The position numbers and the translations under genes are program-made. Positions 23,476 through 37,590 of a DNA stretch of 64,000 nt are shown here, one piece after another. The stretch's first letter is position 1. Each line of letters begins with the position of its first letter. The stretch lies in the NCBI GenBank assembly GCA_050273025.1, contig CP158635.1:31248001-31312000 (forward strand), read 5' to 3'. Under the pieces are notes generated by a model. That model was not told where the DNA came from. It was given only the letters and a program-made list of their open reading frames with translations, and did no database searches. Source of the stretch: Cenococcum geophilum (lineage: Eukaryota).

Positions 23476-24750
23476 ATGCCTTACTATAGCCTTGCAACGA
23501 GGGCGCAGGCCGTAGTAATAAAGGCTTTAGGTATACCCCTAAAACTAATTACTTAAGCTACCGGGATTAGCGGTAAGCACATTAGTAACCTATTAAAAAA
23601 GGTAGTAGAGAATGGCTGGCGTACAGATTTGGTCCTCCTTAATAACCACCTTAGGGATAAGCCCCGCGTAGGGCGTACTAAAAAGATTACCCCTAATATT
23701 AAGCAGAGAGTTATCAACGCCATTATATACGATTATTACGGGCGTAAAAAAAGCAGTAAAAAAATCGCTTAAGAAATAGGAATCTCTGCAGTATCTGTTT
23801 AAATTATACTTAAAAAGCACGGCTTCCGTAAAATAAAACCAACGAGGAAGCCTAGATTAACCGCAGCTATAAAGAACGAATGGTATAGATTTATAGTCTA
23901 CCGCCACTAGACCTTAGAAGATTAGAAGGCTGTAATTTAGTTAGATAAGACAAGTATCGTTTTAGGCTACCGTTAAGGGGGCTACCGAGTATAGCGACGA
24001 TCCTACGAGGCCTACGTACGCAGCTGCGTACAAAAGCGGTAGAAGGGGTACTCCAAGTTTATATTTTAGGGTTGCTTTATATACGACTTTAAAGGCCCTT
24101 ATTATATTTAGAAGCCCTAAATAAAGAAGGAATTTAATAAGTTAAAATCTACTATTAAGATCTGGAATAAAGCTCTAGAGCCAGAGGCGTATAAGGCCTA
24201 GGAGAAGAAATAAGCCTATAAAAGAGATCTATATAAACTACGTTACAGGAAGCATATAGGCAAGGCACCTACTAAATAGAAGTTTACGACAGCACAAGGA
24301 ACTTTTACCCGATTAGGTGGAGGTAGAATTAACTAGTAGCGATATTTAACAAATATCCTACTACTAAAACTTCTTCCTTTTGCCTAAAGCCTTACGTGCT
24401 TAAATCCTAATACGATCGTGTAGGAAGATAAGACTACTTCTTATATTATAAAGATTTACTAAACCTACTTTAATGTCTGCGAGATTTAACATCTTCTTTA
24501 GCTAGGTAATTCGCCTAATCTAAATATAATTAAGCCCTACTGGAGCTACCTAAAACGGATTACTATAAAAAGAGGCCTATTTACCTCTCGTGCGGCTGCA
24601 GAGAAGGCTTAGCTTAGAGCCTAGTAAGATCTTAAGTAGTGGCGAATTTAGTAGTAGATTAAGAGGATCCCTTACTATATTAAGAAGGTTATAGAACTTA
24701 AAGAAGGTAACGACTATAGAGAGGGAGTAGAGGAAAAGTAGTAAAGCTAG
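23476..24750 (+). pseudogene. Tc1-like DDE transposase, RIP-damaged
   Basis: MPYYSLATRAQAV...KPRVGRTKKIT...KPTRKPRLT...VI*LDKTS...IV*EDKTTSY...*LGNSPNLNIIKP. The end is approximate. Confidence 0.85.
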
Positions 24751-25185
24751 AAGTAGCTCCGTAAGGAAGCTAATCACAAGCTCTCTACAATTGTTAAGGT
24801 GCTTAAAACTGGTTACTAGATATTATATAATTACTGTGGTTTACCTAACGCCTATCTATAATTCTTCCTTCCTAAGCAGAGCTGTAGGAGTCCATACTAT
24901 CTCGCGCACGGTGCCACCTCTCGCACACCCTTTTCCCATACAAAATCGCAAAATATCGCATAATTCTAACCTATATAAAATAGTAACCTATAGGGCTATT
25001 ATTATAAAAATTTAAATATAGTATATTTAAAGCCTTAAATATATATAAATATATATAAATATATTTATTTTATTATAATTTACTATTAATAAGTAGCTAT
25101 AAAGCTTTAAAAATAAAGATTTTAAATTTTTTTAAAAAATTCTTTAAAAGTTCTATAATAAAATATATACTTTAGCTATTACTAT

Positions 25186-25392
25186 TGTCGGGAATAAGGC
25201 AATTTGCCGTCACGTACGGCAAACTGCCGTCACGTGATGGCAAGTTGCCATCACGTGTCGCCGCGGCACTAGCGTGGCGAGGAGCCTTAAGCTCCTCGCC
25301 CTTCCTCATTCCAATCAAAAAGCTTTATCAACCAACATCACTGTAACCTACTCAAGTAGTCGTTATTGGTAAGTCACCCTGTATGACTAACA
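25186..25392 (+). repeat. Solo LTR related to the Copia LTRs at 5718 and 25525
   Basis: TGTCGGGAATAAGGC...CTAACA with TSD ACTAT on both sides. Confidence 0.92.
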
Positions 25393-25524
25393 ACTATAGA
25401 AATTTTACTATAGTATATTTAAGTAATAAAGTATAATATAAAGCTATAATTAGGTAATATATTTTATAAGTAAACCGCCTATTTAAGTAAACTATCTACT
25501 TTATTTTTATTAAAACTATAAAGT

Positions 25525-28500
25525 TGTCAGGAATGAGGCAATTTGCCGTTACGTGCGGCAAATTGCTGTCACGTGAGGCAACTTGCCGTCACGTGCCGTC
25601 GTGGCACTAGCGCGGTGAGAAACCTTAAGTTCCTCACCCTCCCCTATCTAATATAACAAGCTTTTCCATCACTGTATCTACTTAAGTAGTATTAGTAATT
25701 TCCCCTAGGTTACTAACACTAATTAGTGGTTAAATACACAGTTAACTATAGAATAGTAAGGTTTTCAACAGAAGAGACAGTCTCGTGTAGGGGTACCATA
25801 TACGCTTATATAGAATAGATCCCGGCGATACTATACTACCTTAGACTTACGGAAAACTAGTAATAGAAGTGTTACTAAGTACTAGGAGATACCAAGTTGC
25901 GTCCATTACATAGAACAATTATGTTTACGAAGATTTGGTTAAGTACTCTAGGTCAAAAATATTACTAAACCTAGGGTCCCAAATCAACATCTAAAACGCG
26001 TTAAACAACATCTTAAATTGCCTACCTTTTAACAGCAAACCTACGAGATTCTATAAAACCGAAAACCCTACCTACCTTTAACGTACGACACCCCGTTAAT
26101 TCTACACTAATTATAGCGTTAACCTACCTAAAGAAGTACGAGAAGGATATTAACCCGGAGATATAGCATAAAGATATTAACCCTATAAATACCGAACAAT
26201 AGGACCTAAACGGATTCTTACTACACTATATAGCACACTATAAAGACAGCGAATATAACAACACTGTGCTTTAGTATTATATAAAGGAGGACTTTATTAG
26301 ATGGATAAAGAAAACATAGGCTCTCGCGATAAAGGTTATTGTGCAAGACTTCCGTAACTTCCTTTAGGAGAACAGAGTATTTATCCCTATAGATGGGGGC
26401 GCTATTAGAGATAATATTTAGGAGCATATCATTAACGCAAAAGAAGAGCATAAATAGACTCCATAAGAAATTAAGCACCAACTACGCACTATAAGGAAGC
26501 TTAACTTACGATAGAATTTAAACAATATACTAATAGAGACACGTTCTAATTCCATTGCTCTAGAGCAAGCGCAAGACCCCCTTACTTTGCGATTTAATAA
26601 CCTTTAAACTCTACCAGAGCAAGACTAGGTACCACGCCGTATTCCATTAGGCTCTATATCTCCACTACAGCCTATAAAGCAATCCCCACCTTAATCTCTA
26701 ATGCAATTCTAATATAGCCTAATACCACTCAAAGGCACCTTAAAGATGCTTACAGAGCTTATAAAGCTCTATTCGGACCAGGAGAAGAGGTTTAGTGGGG
26801 AACTATATAATATCCTCAATTTAAAGCTGCGCATCTTCTACGACTATTACCAGAAGGTTAAACTAGAACCTAACTAATATTATAACGCCTATTCCGTTAT
26901 GCTTAAGGGCCGCGCTAGTACCTTCTATTATAATTATCTAGCAGAAAAAGGATATAATTTTAACCAAATAATATATAAGATAAGATGCCACTTTAAAATA
27001 GAAGAGAATAAGCAGTAGTATATATTGGAGTAGAGAGAGACTACCTTTCTAAGAATTATTGCTACAAACCCAGGTATCTCTCGGCTCGATTGTCTTTAAA
27101 AACTCTTTAATTAACTTTAAATAATTTAGCGTGGTTTATCCAAATTATATTAAAAGGACTTCAGCCTACGCGATTAAGTTATTAGCGCATGTTAAGGTAT
27201 TAAAGAATACAACCTTACTCTCTTTAATTCTGCAAACACTTATAAAGGAGTATATGCCCAATTAAGATCCTCTATTAGCATAGCTCTGCGCTCTTAAAAA
27301 GTATAGCAATTTAATACTTAACCCTAACCTACTTCGATCAACCCAACCAACTAACACAATTATAACTAGACCGATCGAATATATAGTGGCCGCGGTAGGG
27401 GATACGGCAGAGGGTACAATCAACGTTAACTATAAGGTAATTATAGAGGTTCATTTCGGAGCGATTGTTAGAAGAAGTACTACATTTATAAGAAGCCAAA
27501 TTGCTAATTAACCAGGCACCCCCTTAATAGACGAAAGGAGGCATATAATAAGTTCCGCCAGAGCGCACGAAACGTCGGAAATTATAAGGTTACTATAGCC
27601 TACTTCTAAAGCTTCCTAGTTTAATATAAAGGTATAGAAGATCTTAAGGGTGAGGTTAACGAGGCCAAATAGCTCCTTATGGATATAGGAATTAAGGACT
27701 ACTCCTCTAACTAATACTTTACTAAGTATGGTAAGGTAAATGGCATATAAACCATCGCTGTCCTTAATAACTAATCTACGCTCCATTCCGTTATAAAGTT
27801 AGATATCTTTAACGAGCCAAAGGAAAGTTCCGCGTTCTCCTTTAACGACAGATACTCGGCGAACGTCTTCTATAGTATTATACCAGATACTAGAGCCATA
27901 GGAGTATCTATAGTAGGAGAACCTTAAGTTTGAGCCCTTTAGCAGCTTAATAGATCTGTTTAGATTAACTAATTAACGGCAGGCCAATATACAATCCGCT
28001 TTAGCAAGGGTACTACAATCTCTCTCGGTATAATTAAGGTCTAAACCCCATTAGGATATATTACTTTCTACGTTATTCCCGCAAACACCCCGTTCCTATT
28101 CTGCATCTAAGATATAGATAGATTAGGCATTAAGCTTAACAACCTTAAGAATATGCTTATCCAGGGAGATAATTAGGTGCCCGTTGTACGCAAGTAGGGT
28201 TACCCTTAGTTGCTCCTTTAACAGCCAGAAAGAAGTATTGCCTAGAGCTATTTAACCAAGTTAGAGCTACGCCAACTACATCGTCATTTTAGTCACCCAT
28301 CTATCCACTAACTACTTAGGGTCCTTTAGCGAGTAGGTTATAAGGTTAAGGTTAAGATAATTAAGCATCTTATAAAGTACTACTATCACTATCAAATAAA
28401 CCAGAAGTCCCCTAGCCGATTTAAGTTTACCCTTAAAGATAACTACGACTTTAACTTCTATATTATTATTAACATTATATATCTTAGCGGCAAGCCAGTA

Positions 28501-31485
28501 CTCCAAGTTATTAACTTCTTAACCTCCTTCTAAGCCGCATGTTTCCTAAGGGATATATTAGCTAGGAACGTATAGGATACTCTTTAATTATACTAGATTA
28601 ATGTCTACCTAGGACCCCCTAACCAAGTCATTCACGACGCAGGAAGGAACTTCTTATCTATAGAGTTTTAGCAACAAGCAAAGGCAATAGCAATTAAGGT
28701 TAAGGAAGTCCCTATTAAGGCACATAATAGCGTTAAAAAAGTAGAATAATACCACACGCCATTGCGCCGAGCATATAAGATTATTTCTTCAGAACTAGAG
28801 GACGCTAGCAAAGAGCTTATCTTATAAATAGCTGTTAAGGCTGTTAACAATTCCACTGGTCCAGATAGACTCGTACCCATATTGCTAGTCTTTAGCGCTT
28901 ACCCTCGAATAACTAACAATTCTCTACTATCTCCCTCCATTATGTAACGAGCTAAGGCTATTTATAAGGCAATAAAAGAGGTGCAACGTATCTACGCCAC
29001 GCGCTAGGTCAACGATGTACTAGGAATAAGAAATGGCCTAAACACCTTAACTACGCTCAATTTGCCTCTCCAATCTGAAGTACGGGTATAGCGTAAGAAG
29101 GGAGGATGGTTAGGGCCATATAAACTTATTGCAAGCAATAGTCAAACTTGCACTCTTTAAATGCCCTATAAACCCACTTAATTCCGTTTAACCGTTATTA
29201 AGCCCTACTATAGGAATAATAGTTACGAGCCTTTATAGGATACCCCAGAGGATTCCCTAGAGGATGCCCTAGAGGATACCCTAGAGGAGAACCACAATTA
29301 ACGTACTCCAGAAGGAGACTATAATTCTAATATAATTGCAGTAGATATACCACAACTATAACACGGTAGAGGTCGCCCGAAAGGATTACGAAATCGCCAA
29401 CACCTTATTAATTTTAAAGAGCAATTTGTTACCGCTATCAAGAGTAAAGACAAGTTATTAATGGCCTTTATAACAGCTAAAGAGAAGGCTAACTTCGAGC
29501 TCGCAAAACAGCTCTAAAAAGAAGGTCGTATTATAACCCCAGGAGCTCCTTTTTAAGCATCTAATAAACAAGAGATTAACGGTCTTATTTCAAGAGAAGT
29601 CTTTAAATTCAAGAAGTACGACCCTACTAAGTTTAATAGAGTTCGCATCTTTAAGTTAAGAATAGTTAACGAGATTAAGGGTAAAGCTACTAACGCCCCA
29701 TTTAAGAAATTAAGGCTTGTCATCTAAGGTTACAACAATAATAGTAAGGAGGTAATCCTTATATAATCCCCTATAATTCAACGAGCTAGTTAGCGAGTTA
29801 TTATTACACTAGCTCCCTCCTTAATAAAGAACGGAATGGCAGTTTATTTATAAGATATCACTTAAGCCTACACCCAATTAGAGACGCACCTTTAGCGCTT
29901 AATATTAGCATATCTTCTAGAACAAATTCGCCACCAATATCCTAAAGATATAATTATGGTTATTCTTAAGCTATTATACGGAATCGCAGAGGCAGAAACC
30001 TATTAGTGGGCTACCTATAGCAAGCACCATAAGGAGAAGCTTTTAATAACTACTTCTATATTTGATCCCTACTTTCTTATCATAACTACGGGAACCCTAT
30101 TCGGAATCGTCGGTATATAAACCAATAATATAATCATCTTAGGAGACAACCAATTCTTAGCCCTTAAAGAAGACGAGCTAGTAAAGGCAAATCTTATAGC
30201 GAAGCCAAAGGAAAGACTTAGTTTAATAACACTATTGCTCTTTAATGGATGCATCCTCTCCCTAAATGAGGATTCTATTGCTTTACGCTAGAAGGGTTAA
30301 GGTAAGAAGATCAACGTTATTAACGTTAATTCTCTAAAGCAAGGATATGTGAAGCAACGCGCTTATAAAGCTTATGTTGCTTCTATCTATCAACCTAAGG
30401 CTTCCTTTAATCTCTCTGTTGCCGCTTAATACTAGGAACTAACTAAGGATGACGTTCTTGCCCTAAATAAGCGTCTTTTCTAGTAAATAAACCATCTCAA
30501 TCGAGGACTACTCTATGTACCTATTAATCTTCCTACCGCTAAGCTCTTCGTATTTATTAATAGGTCGTTCGTAAATAATAAAGATTTTAGCTCCTAGCTA
30601 GAATATAAGATTATTATCGCGAATAAATCTATCGGAGAGAATAACTTCACGATCTACGGCAATCTTATCTATTAGAGCTTAACTAAGAGCAAGTGTGTTA
30701 CTTAAAGCGTTCTAGCGTTAGAGATATATAGAATAGTCGGCGGAGTTAATATGGCAATTGCAATCGGAACTACCTTAAAGATGATTATAGATCGACTTAA
30801 ACTTCCTATTATCCCTACAATCGTATACACTGACTTATATTCCCTCTACGAGTGTTTAGTTAAGCTTAGTACTATAAAGGAGAAGCGCCTTATAATTAAT
30901 ATTATGGCACTATAGTAATCTTATAAGTGTTAAAAACTCTTTAAGATTTAATAGATTAATGGCCAAGATAACCTAGTAGATGTAATAACGAAGGCAAACC
31001 CAAATAAGGCGCTAGAGACGTTTATTAACACAAATACTTTATATATACGAGTTAAAGGTTAGGTTAAGAGAGAGTAGAAGATGTGGCGAGGGCCGCTAAG
31101 GCGCTAGTAGTAAGCGAGCTAATAGCGATTTTCTATACCGGGTATAGAAAATTATAATTGGCTAGCAGAAGTCCGGGTTGGCAGAATAAGGCGTGTTACC
31201 TACCAAAGTCTACTATATTCTACCCACTATTATATTATTACATACGGTCTATTTATATATAGATAGCAACTATAAAAAGAAGAGTTGCCAGTGTTAGGAA
31301 TAAGGCAATTTGCCGTTACATACGGCAAATTGCCGTTACGTGAGGCAACTTGCCGTTACGTGCCGTCATGGCACTAGCGCGGTAAGGAACCTTAAGTTCC
31401 TCACCCTCCCCTATCTAATACAACAAACTTTTCCATCACTATATCTACTCGAGTAGTATTGGTGATTTCCCCTAGGTTACCAACA
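25525..31485 (+). mobile_element. Full-length Ty1/Copia LTR retrotransposon (GalEa-like), RIP-inactivated
   Basis: 194-bp LTRs at 25525-25718 and 31292-31485, TSD AAAGT. Domain order is gag, protease (IIPDTRA near 27880), integrase (about 28300-28950), RT (about 29570-30450), RNase H (TDLYSLYE, NLVDVITK). CTAATTAGT follows the 5' LTR. Confidence 0.95.
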
Positions 31486-34025
31486 AAAGTAGTATCTTAA
31501 TAATAGCTTAATAATAAGCTTTAAGAATTTAGAATTAAGCTTTTATATACTATAATATTACCCTATAAAAATATAAAAGTAATATATATTGTAGTTCTAA
31601 AGATATTATATTTTAGCCTATATATTTAAGCTAATTACTTAATTTTAATAACTACTATATACTTTACTCCTAAATTTTTATTAAGTAATATAATAGTATA
31701 GAAAAACCTAATTATAAAATTTTAGAGTTTATTATTAAGCTATTACTAAGATATTACTCTATAGTTTAAATAAAAATAAAGTAAATAGTTTACTTAAGTA
31801 GGTGGTTTACTTATAAAATATATTACCTAATTATAGCTTTATATTATACTTTATTACTTAAATATACTATAGTAAAATTTCTATAGTAATAGCTAAAGTA
31901 TATATTTTATTATAGAACTTTTAAATAATTTTTTAAAAAAATTTAAAATCTTTATTTTTAAAGCTATATAGCTACTTATTAATAGTAAATTATAATAAAA
32001 TAAATATATTTATATATATTTAAGGCTTTAAATATACTATATTTAAATTTTTATAATAATAGCCCTATAGGTTACTATTTTATAAAGGTTAGAATTATGC
32101 GATATTTTGCGATTTTGTATGGGAAAAGGGTGTGCGAGAGGTGGCACCGTGCGCGAGATGGCACGGACTCCTAAGGAAATTAAGGAGATTACTAAGGAAG
32201 AGTGGCAAAAATTAGTTAATTTAGTTATTCTAAATCAACGTTAAAATACCCAAGGACCCCAAAGAAACGATCGCAATTAGGTAGTAGAACAGGTAGAGAG
32301 CCAGGTAGAGAGCTAGGTAGAAAGCTAGGTAGAAAGCCAGGTAGAAAGCCAGGGGCAGTAGAGGCAATTAAGGCCTCAAAAACCTCAAAAGCCTATAGAA
32401 TATAAGGTGCGGTGGAACGAAATTAATCAGGTGAACTTTAGACACTAAAACACCACGTTTTGGAAGCTATATAGATGATATACTAGTATTAAAAGCTTTA
32501 ATCAAGTTGATTGAGTTGATTTTGGTGGGGTCTTGGCGCTCAAAACCACGCTTTTCCCAAATAGGAAGGAGAAATCTCTTTTTGCTCCGTCCTCCGTACT
32601 AAATCATCACCAAATATTCAACACACTCTCTCTGCATCAACGCCATGCTTTTAAAACACTTTAATACTGCTCAATAAAGGGAAAGGAGGCTCCTTTTAAC
32701 CATTGACGCGTTACAAAAGGGCCAAATTCCCAATGCCTACTAGGCGTTCACGGTTTGGTGATCTTTACGGTTCGGTGATCAACTACGTTATCCTAATAGC
32801 CTATTGGATAATAATCATATCAGATAATACCATATTATCCGATATTTATCTAATAAAGCTTGGCATTTAGAAATTTCGTATAGAAAATTATTAAATTCTT
32901 TAGATATCTCTTAATTATATAATAGTATTAGGTAAGGATGCGGATAGGGAACTTAATTAATAGAATAATAGGATATATTATAAGAACAGACGAATCCTTA
33001 AGGGAAAAGGAGGTATCGGAGGTCCGGGTTAAGCTTGGCATAACCTTGGGTTACGCACGACCCCCTAAGGTCCGCGACATATTGTCCAAATATTACCCCC
33101 CCCTTTTGGTGGTGGCCCCTACTTTTTAGACGCGTTTTTGAGGCCTAGGTTAGTACTAGGTTAGTATAGAGGACCTCGTCGCGCGCCTTTAACCTTACCG
33201 TCGCCTTAACAATCTATTTTTTATACTCTTCCTATTTTTGTGCCCGCGCTAGCTCCTTGCTTACGCGGGGCTTCTAATTTTATATAGAACGGCCTGCTAT
33301 AATTCTAATTCTATAATATAGAGCTCTCTTCTTCTCTTCCTCTATTAATATTTACGCGTTTAGTGGCTTTATTTACCTATACCCACGCCGCGCTTACGCG
33401 TCTTCCCCCTAACCTCTTACGGAGATAGAGTCTTTTAAAAATCTTCCCACCCCACGGTCCACCCCATAGTTAAAGGAAGCCCCCCTAGCCTCCTCCTCCC
33501 CCTTCTCCTATAGCCTCTAAAACGAATTTAAGGCCTAAACGGCATAGCTATATAATATTTATAAGGCCTAGCGCTTAAAGAATACTATAAGGGCGTATAA
33601 GCTAAAGCAGAAAAAGTGGGAAGACTAGTATATAAGACTAGAAGGCAATAGAGATAGCGCCTAGGTAATAGAAGATAAGCTTTACCTATTTTTAGAGTAG
33701 TAAGTTATTAAGTAAGAATTATAGGCCGCTAGCTATTAAAAACAGAAGTTAAAACGGAAGGAGATATAGAAAAATAGTAAGTAGGTAAAAAAGAGGTAAA
33801 AGACGGTTAAGCGGGTAGAGTAGCTAGGGGAGAAGGCAGCTATAGGGGTAGCCGTAGGCATAGGGGAGGAAGCTATAAAGGAGGAAGGGAAGATATAGGA
33901 CAAGGAGGCCCTAGACGCCCTATTTAATAAAATAGTCCAATACTTAGTTATAAATAGCTACGTCTCTACTATTACCGAGCTTTATATATAGTAGTTAGAA
34001 GGTAAGACCTTATAGCCGCTATAGG

Positions 34026-34452
34026 TGTAACGAAGCCTTATAGGGAATACTACGGTAAACTTATTAATAGGCTGGGTATATAGGTAAATAAGAAGTTAAT
34101 AATGTAATAATAACTGGTAGAGTAGTTGCCTAATAGATTAACTCTAATTATATTCTAAGATTTACTATAAAGAAGAGAAACTATCTGTAGAGACCGTACA
34201 TCCTTAAATATATAACTCCTCCCTATAATAAAGGTTGAGTACATTAGTACGTTAGTACGTTAGTACATTAGTACGTCGCGTTCCTACGTTCCTACGTTCC
34301 CACGTTGCGAACTTATAACGTAACTAGCCATATAACTCGGCTACCCCTTATCCTATAGCTCGATCGGTTCTAGCGCCCCCTATACTATCTTAACCAACCC
34401 GTTTATATCCCTTCTTAGTAGTCGTACTACTGCCGATATAAGGTCCGTAACA
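34026..34452. repeat. Solo LTR (427 bp)
   Basis: TGTAAC...GTAACA, TSD ATAGG. Empty site in copy B at about 45007. Confidence 0.9.
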
Positions 34453-35166
34453 ATAGGGGGCAAAGCTCTTAGTAGTATTAGACAGCGTCCACTATAATAA
34501 GGACTAGATTTAACGCATTAACTTTATTAATTAAGGCCTATTTATAATTACTAGCGGCTATAATATTAAAGGACTTAAAAAGGCGATTACTTAGTGCTAG
34601 GAAACGGGCTCTAGGATACTAGGTTTAGTTAAGTCTTACCTTTAAACTACAGCTAAGCATTTATTAGGTTTATATATACCCTACCTAGTTTATATAGCTG
34701 CCGTTTTCTAACCCGTTCCTTAGGCCATACTACTATTACCTATAGTAAAATTAGATAAGATGTTTAGCTTACTAATCTTATTTTTATTAAACTAGAAAAT
34801 AAAGGGCCTAAACTAGATAAGTTAGCGCTGTATATAATTATATTAATAATATAAGGGAAGCAGAATTAGTATAGCAAGGTTAAGTATATAGGCTATATAC
34901 GGAACGCTAACCCTATCCTCTACCCCCTCTTTATAATAGCCTTCTACTTCTTTAACCGCTAGGGTAAAGATAGCACTAAGAGCTTCTTATCCTTTTAGTA
35001 GCTAGAGGACTACTATAACCTATACGTCTTCCTTAGCAGTATTAAAGTACCGCAACGGCCGCTAAGCTATTACACGCAGTTTAAATAGGATAAAAGGATA
35101 TTCTAAGGGGTAGATATTTACTTAAAGGAGAAAACCTATAGCGCCTATAAGTAGAGCATCTGGTAT

Positions 35167-35403
35167 TGTAAGCTTTGCAGTATGTGGGAATTAAACGAGC
35201 AACTTAATTGTAAATCTATGGAAATCAAGTGGTATATATACATGAAATGGTGACAAGAAGACTGCGCTTGTAGTTGGCAATAGGCAACGGAAACAGGTAG
35301 TAAGACATAGGTAGTAAGTCATACGAGGTATACAAGGGTAGTGCTAATGCTGCCTTCCAGGCAGCATTCTGGTGTCTTAGCATGGTACTGGTAGTCGGTT
35401 ACA
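35167..35403. repeat. Solo LTR (237 bp), little RIP
   Basis: TGTAAG...GTTACA, TSD GGTAT. Empty site in copy B at about 45716. Confidence 0.9.
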
Positions 35404-36109
35404 GGTATACTAAGCTTAGCGGCGTTAAGAAGACCTAAATTAAATAGGCTCAACGCTAAAATATGGACGTAATAATAGGAGCCTACCTTAGCTACCTACC
35501 CTATGCGTTTATACGGTTAATCACCAGCTTTCTAAAGAAAAAAAAGGGCTACTTTTTTCCTTACGCATGGGAGGTACTAGAGGAGGCCCTCTGCTTAAAG
35601 ATATAGCCTAAGACTAATATCTGGCTAAAATACATAGAGGCTTACTACCTAGGTAGGGCCGATAATAAAGTTATACGGCTTAACCTTACGGGCTTAGGAT
35701 TTTTACGCCTTCTCCGCGCGCTTAGGGTAATCCTATTATAGGACTTATTAATCCTATATAAGCAGTTCCCGCTCCACCCCCTATAAAAGGACCTCCTCTT
35801 TAGCTGTAAGGAGTACTAGAGGTTTACTACGCGGGTAAAAAGCTTGCTAGCTAACGTAGTTATACTAGATAAGCTAATAATACGGAAATACTAGCCCGCC
35901 TATAAGGCCGTAGCTAAGCTAAGATATAAGGCCGCGATCTCTAAAATAAAGGGGGTTTAATTATATATATAGATGATCTTAGAACGCCTTAGCGAAATAA
36001 AAAGGTTATTAGCATTATTTATACCTATATAGATTTAGTAAGGGAAGATAGGTATCTAGATAGGGCCTATAAAGTCCATATATCTACCTTTAGGCAAGCC
36101 CGCGCCGTC

Positions 36110-36345
36110 TACTATAACATTTACTATATCCACGCCACCTACTTAACCGTTTATAATATCCGTACTGCCTACTTAGCTACTATTTATAATATCTATACTA
36201 TCCACTTAGCTGTTTATATATACCGTCTACTTAGCTATCTATAATATCTACACTAGCCGCTTAGCTGTCTATAATATCCGCACTATTTACTTAGCTATCT
36301 ATAATATCCGCACCGCCTACTTAGCTATTTACTATATCCGCATCG
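36110..36345. repeat. About 30-bp tandem repeat inside the Crypton ORF (CTATAATATCCGCACCGCCTACTTAGCCGT)
   Basis: About 7-8 degenerate copies. The paralogous array in copy B lies at 46605-46782, 48094-48143 and 54052-54100. Confidence 0.85.
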
Positions 36346-36565
36346 CCCCTACTAGCGTAGGCATAAGCTAACACCCAACTATCTTTCCTATTTATTCTTA
36401 ACTTATAGGCGCCGCTAAGGAAATATAAAATGCTTTAAGGCGGTAATTTAGTCTTTTAGCTTTAGACTAAGTGGACTTTAAAGCTAGCGGGTAGGCTATT
36501 AATTAAAGCTCTTAATTACTACTAGGGGGCACATTAGCGGGTTAACGGCGAGGCTATATTCTATA

Positions 36566-36920
36566 GGGTGTGTTCGGTTGCAAAACCGTCAGATTGAATA
36601 TGAACTGAAAGTCCGGCAGAAAGGACGCGTTCCTTCCCGATTTGATACGCGTCTGTGGCTCTACGGGTTGCACGGACGTGTGCAAATATGAAGCCTCCAT
36701 ATTGAACTGGAATCTGTAACGGGAGCTTTGAGCTCCATATTAAAATGACGCCAAGAGCTCCATTTCAATAGCTGTATACGGTAAAGTTGCCAATATTTTA
36801 GCGTGCTATTCTGGCGTTTTGCGAGCGGTGAGAGGAACATCAAATTTTTGAGGCTGTGTAGACAAAATCACTCCGAATGAAATGGAATATGAGGCCTCCA
36901 TATTGCAACCGAACGACCCC
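36566..36920. mobile_element. PIF/Harbinger (Tourist-like) MITE, 355 bp, 3-bp TSD ATA
   Basis: TIRs GGGTGTGTTCGGTTGCAA and TTGCAACCGAACGACCCC. Empty site TTCTATAGCC in copy B at about 54317. Confidence 0.85.
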
Positions 36921-36972
36921 ATAGCCATTGCCGTAGAATTATTAAGGATATAAGATGGCGTATAGAAGACGG

Positions 36973-37181
36973 TGTAATGGCTCGAACTATTAAACAAATG
37001 CCTTAATAAAGACTTAAATAAATGCTTGCAAAGATAAAGTGAACGAATGCTGTATTACGAAGATATTAAGCTAAGGAGAAGAAGAGGTATATATAGGAGG
37101 GAGAGACGTGCTATATACGTGTTGGGGCGCCAAGGCCCTAGACGAACCCCTGACTTAGTGACAAGCCCTAGCGCCGTCACA
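36973..37181. repeat. Solo LTR (209 bp)
   Basis: TGTAAT...GTCACA, TSD GACGG. Empty site in copy B at about 54368. Confidence 0.9.
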
Positions 37182-37319
37182 GACGGTATAGTAAGAGATA
37201 AGAGATAGGCTATTAACTAGCTAGAATAGCTACGAGGCTAGCGTTTTTTAAATTAGCTTTATAAGAATATCTAGGCTAGGGAAGGCTCCCTTTTAAGTAG
37301 TAAATAATACCTATTTTAC

Positions 37320-37590
37320 TATAGTAATTAAGACGCCTTAATATAGAACTATACTAGTAACCAAGATGTCTTAATATAGGACTACACTGTAGTAACTAAG
37401 ATGCCTTAATATATAACTATACTGTAGTAACTAACATGCCTTAATATAGAACTGCACTATAGTAATTAAAACGCCTTAATATATAACTATACTGTATTAA
37501 CCAAGATGCCTTAATATAGGACTATACTATAGTAACTAAGACGTCTTAATATAGGACTATACTATAGTAACTAAGACGCCTTAATATAGA
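37320..37590. repeat. About 35-bp subterminal tandem repeat of the Crypton (AGTAACYAAGAYGCCTTAATATAGGACTRYACTRT)
   Basis: About 8 copies. Paralogous array at about 54508-54775. Confidence 0.9.

Larger units (their letters stand above)
24887..32171. mobile_element. Foldback element (about 1.1 kb net, nearly fully palindromic), TA TSD
   Basis: GGAGTCCRTRCYATCTCGCGCACGGTGCCACC at both ends. The arms stay complementary for about 500 bp once the LTR inserts are removed. Confidence 0.9.
23276..32596 (+). mobile_element. Tc1/mariner DNA transposon with about 75-bp TIRs and TA TSD
   Basis: TIR CGGAGGACGGAGCAAAAAGAGATTTC...CACCAAA at both ends. TA at 23274-75 and 32597-98. Confidence 0.92.
20431..32788. 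mobile_element. Fot1/pogo-type MITE (about 240 bp net) expanded to 12.4 kb by nested insertions
   Basis: TIR ACGTAGTTGATCACCGAACCGTRAAGATCA at 20431 and inverted, ending at 32788. TA TSD. The left TIR resumes at 23258 (CCAAACCGTAAACGC). Confidence 0.85.

Noticed and set aside
37320..37590. CRISPR-like array
   Set aside because: The units are contiguous tandem repeats with no unique spacers, in a eukaryotic context without cas genes.
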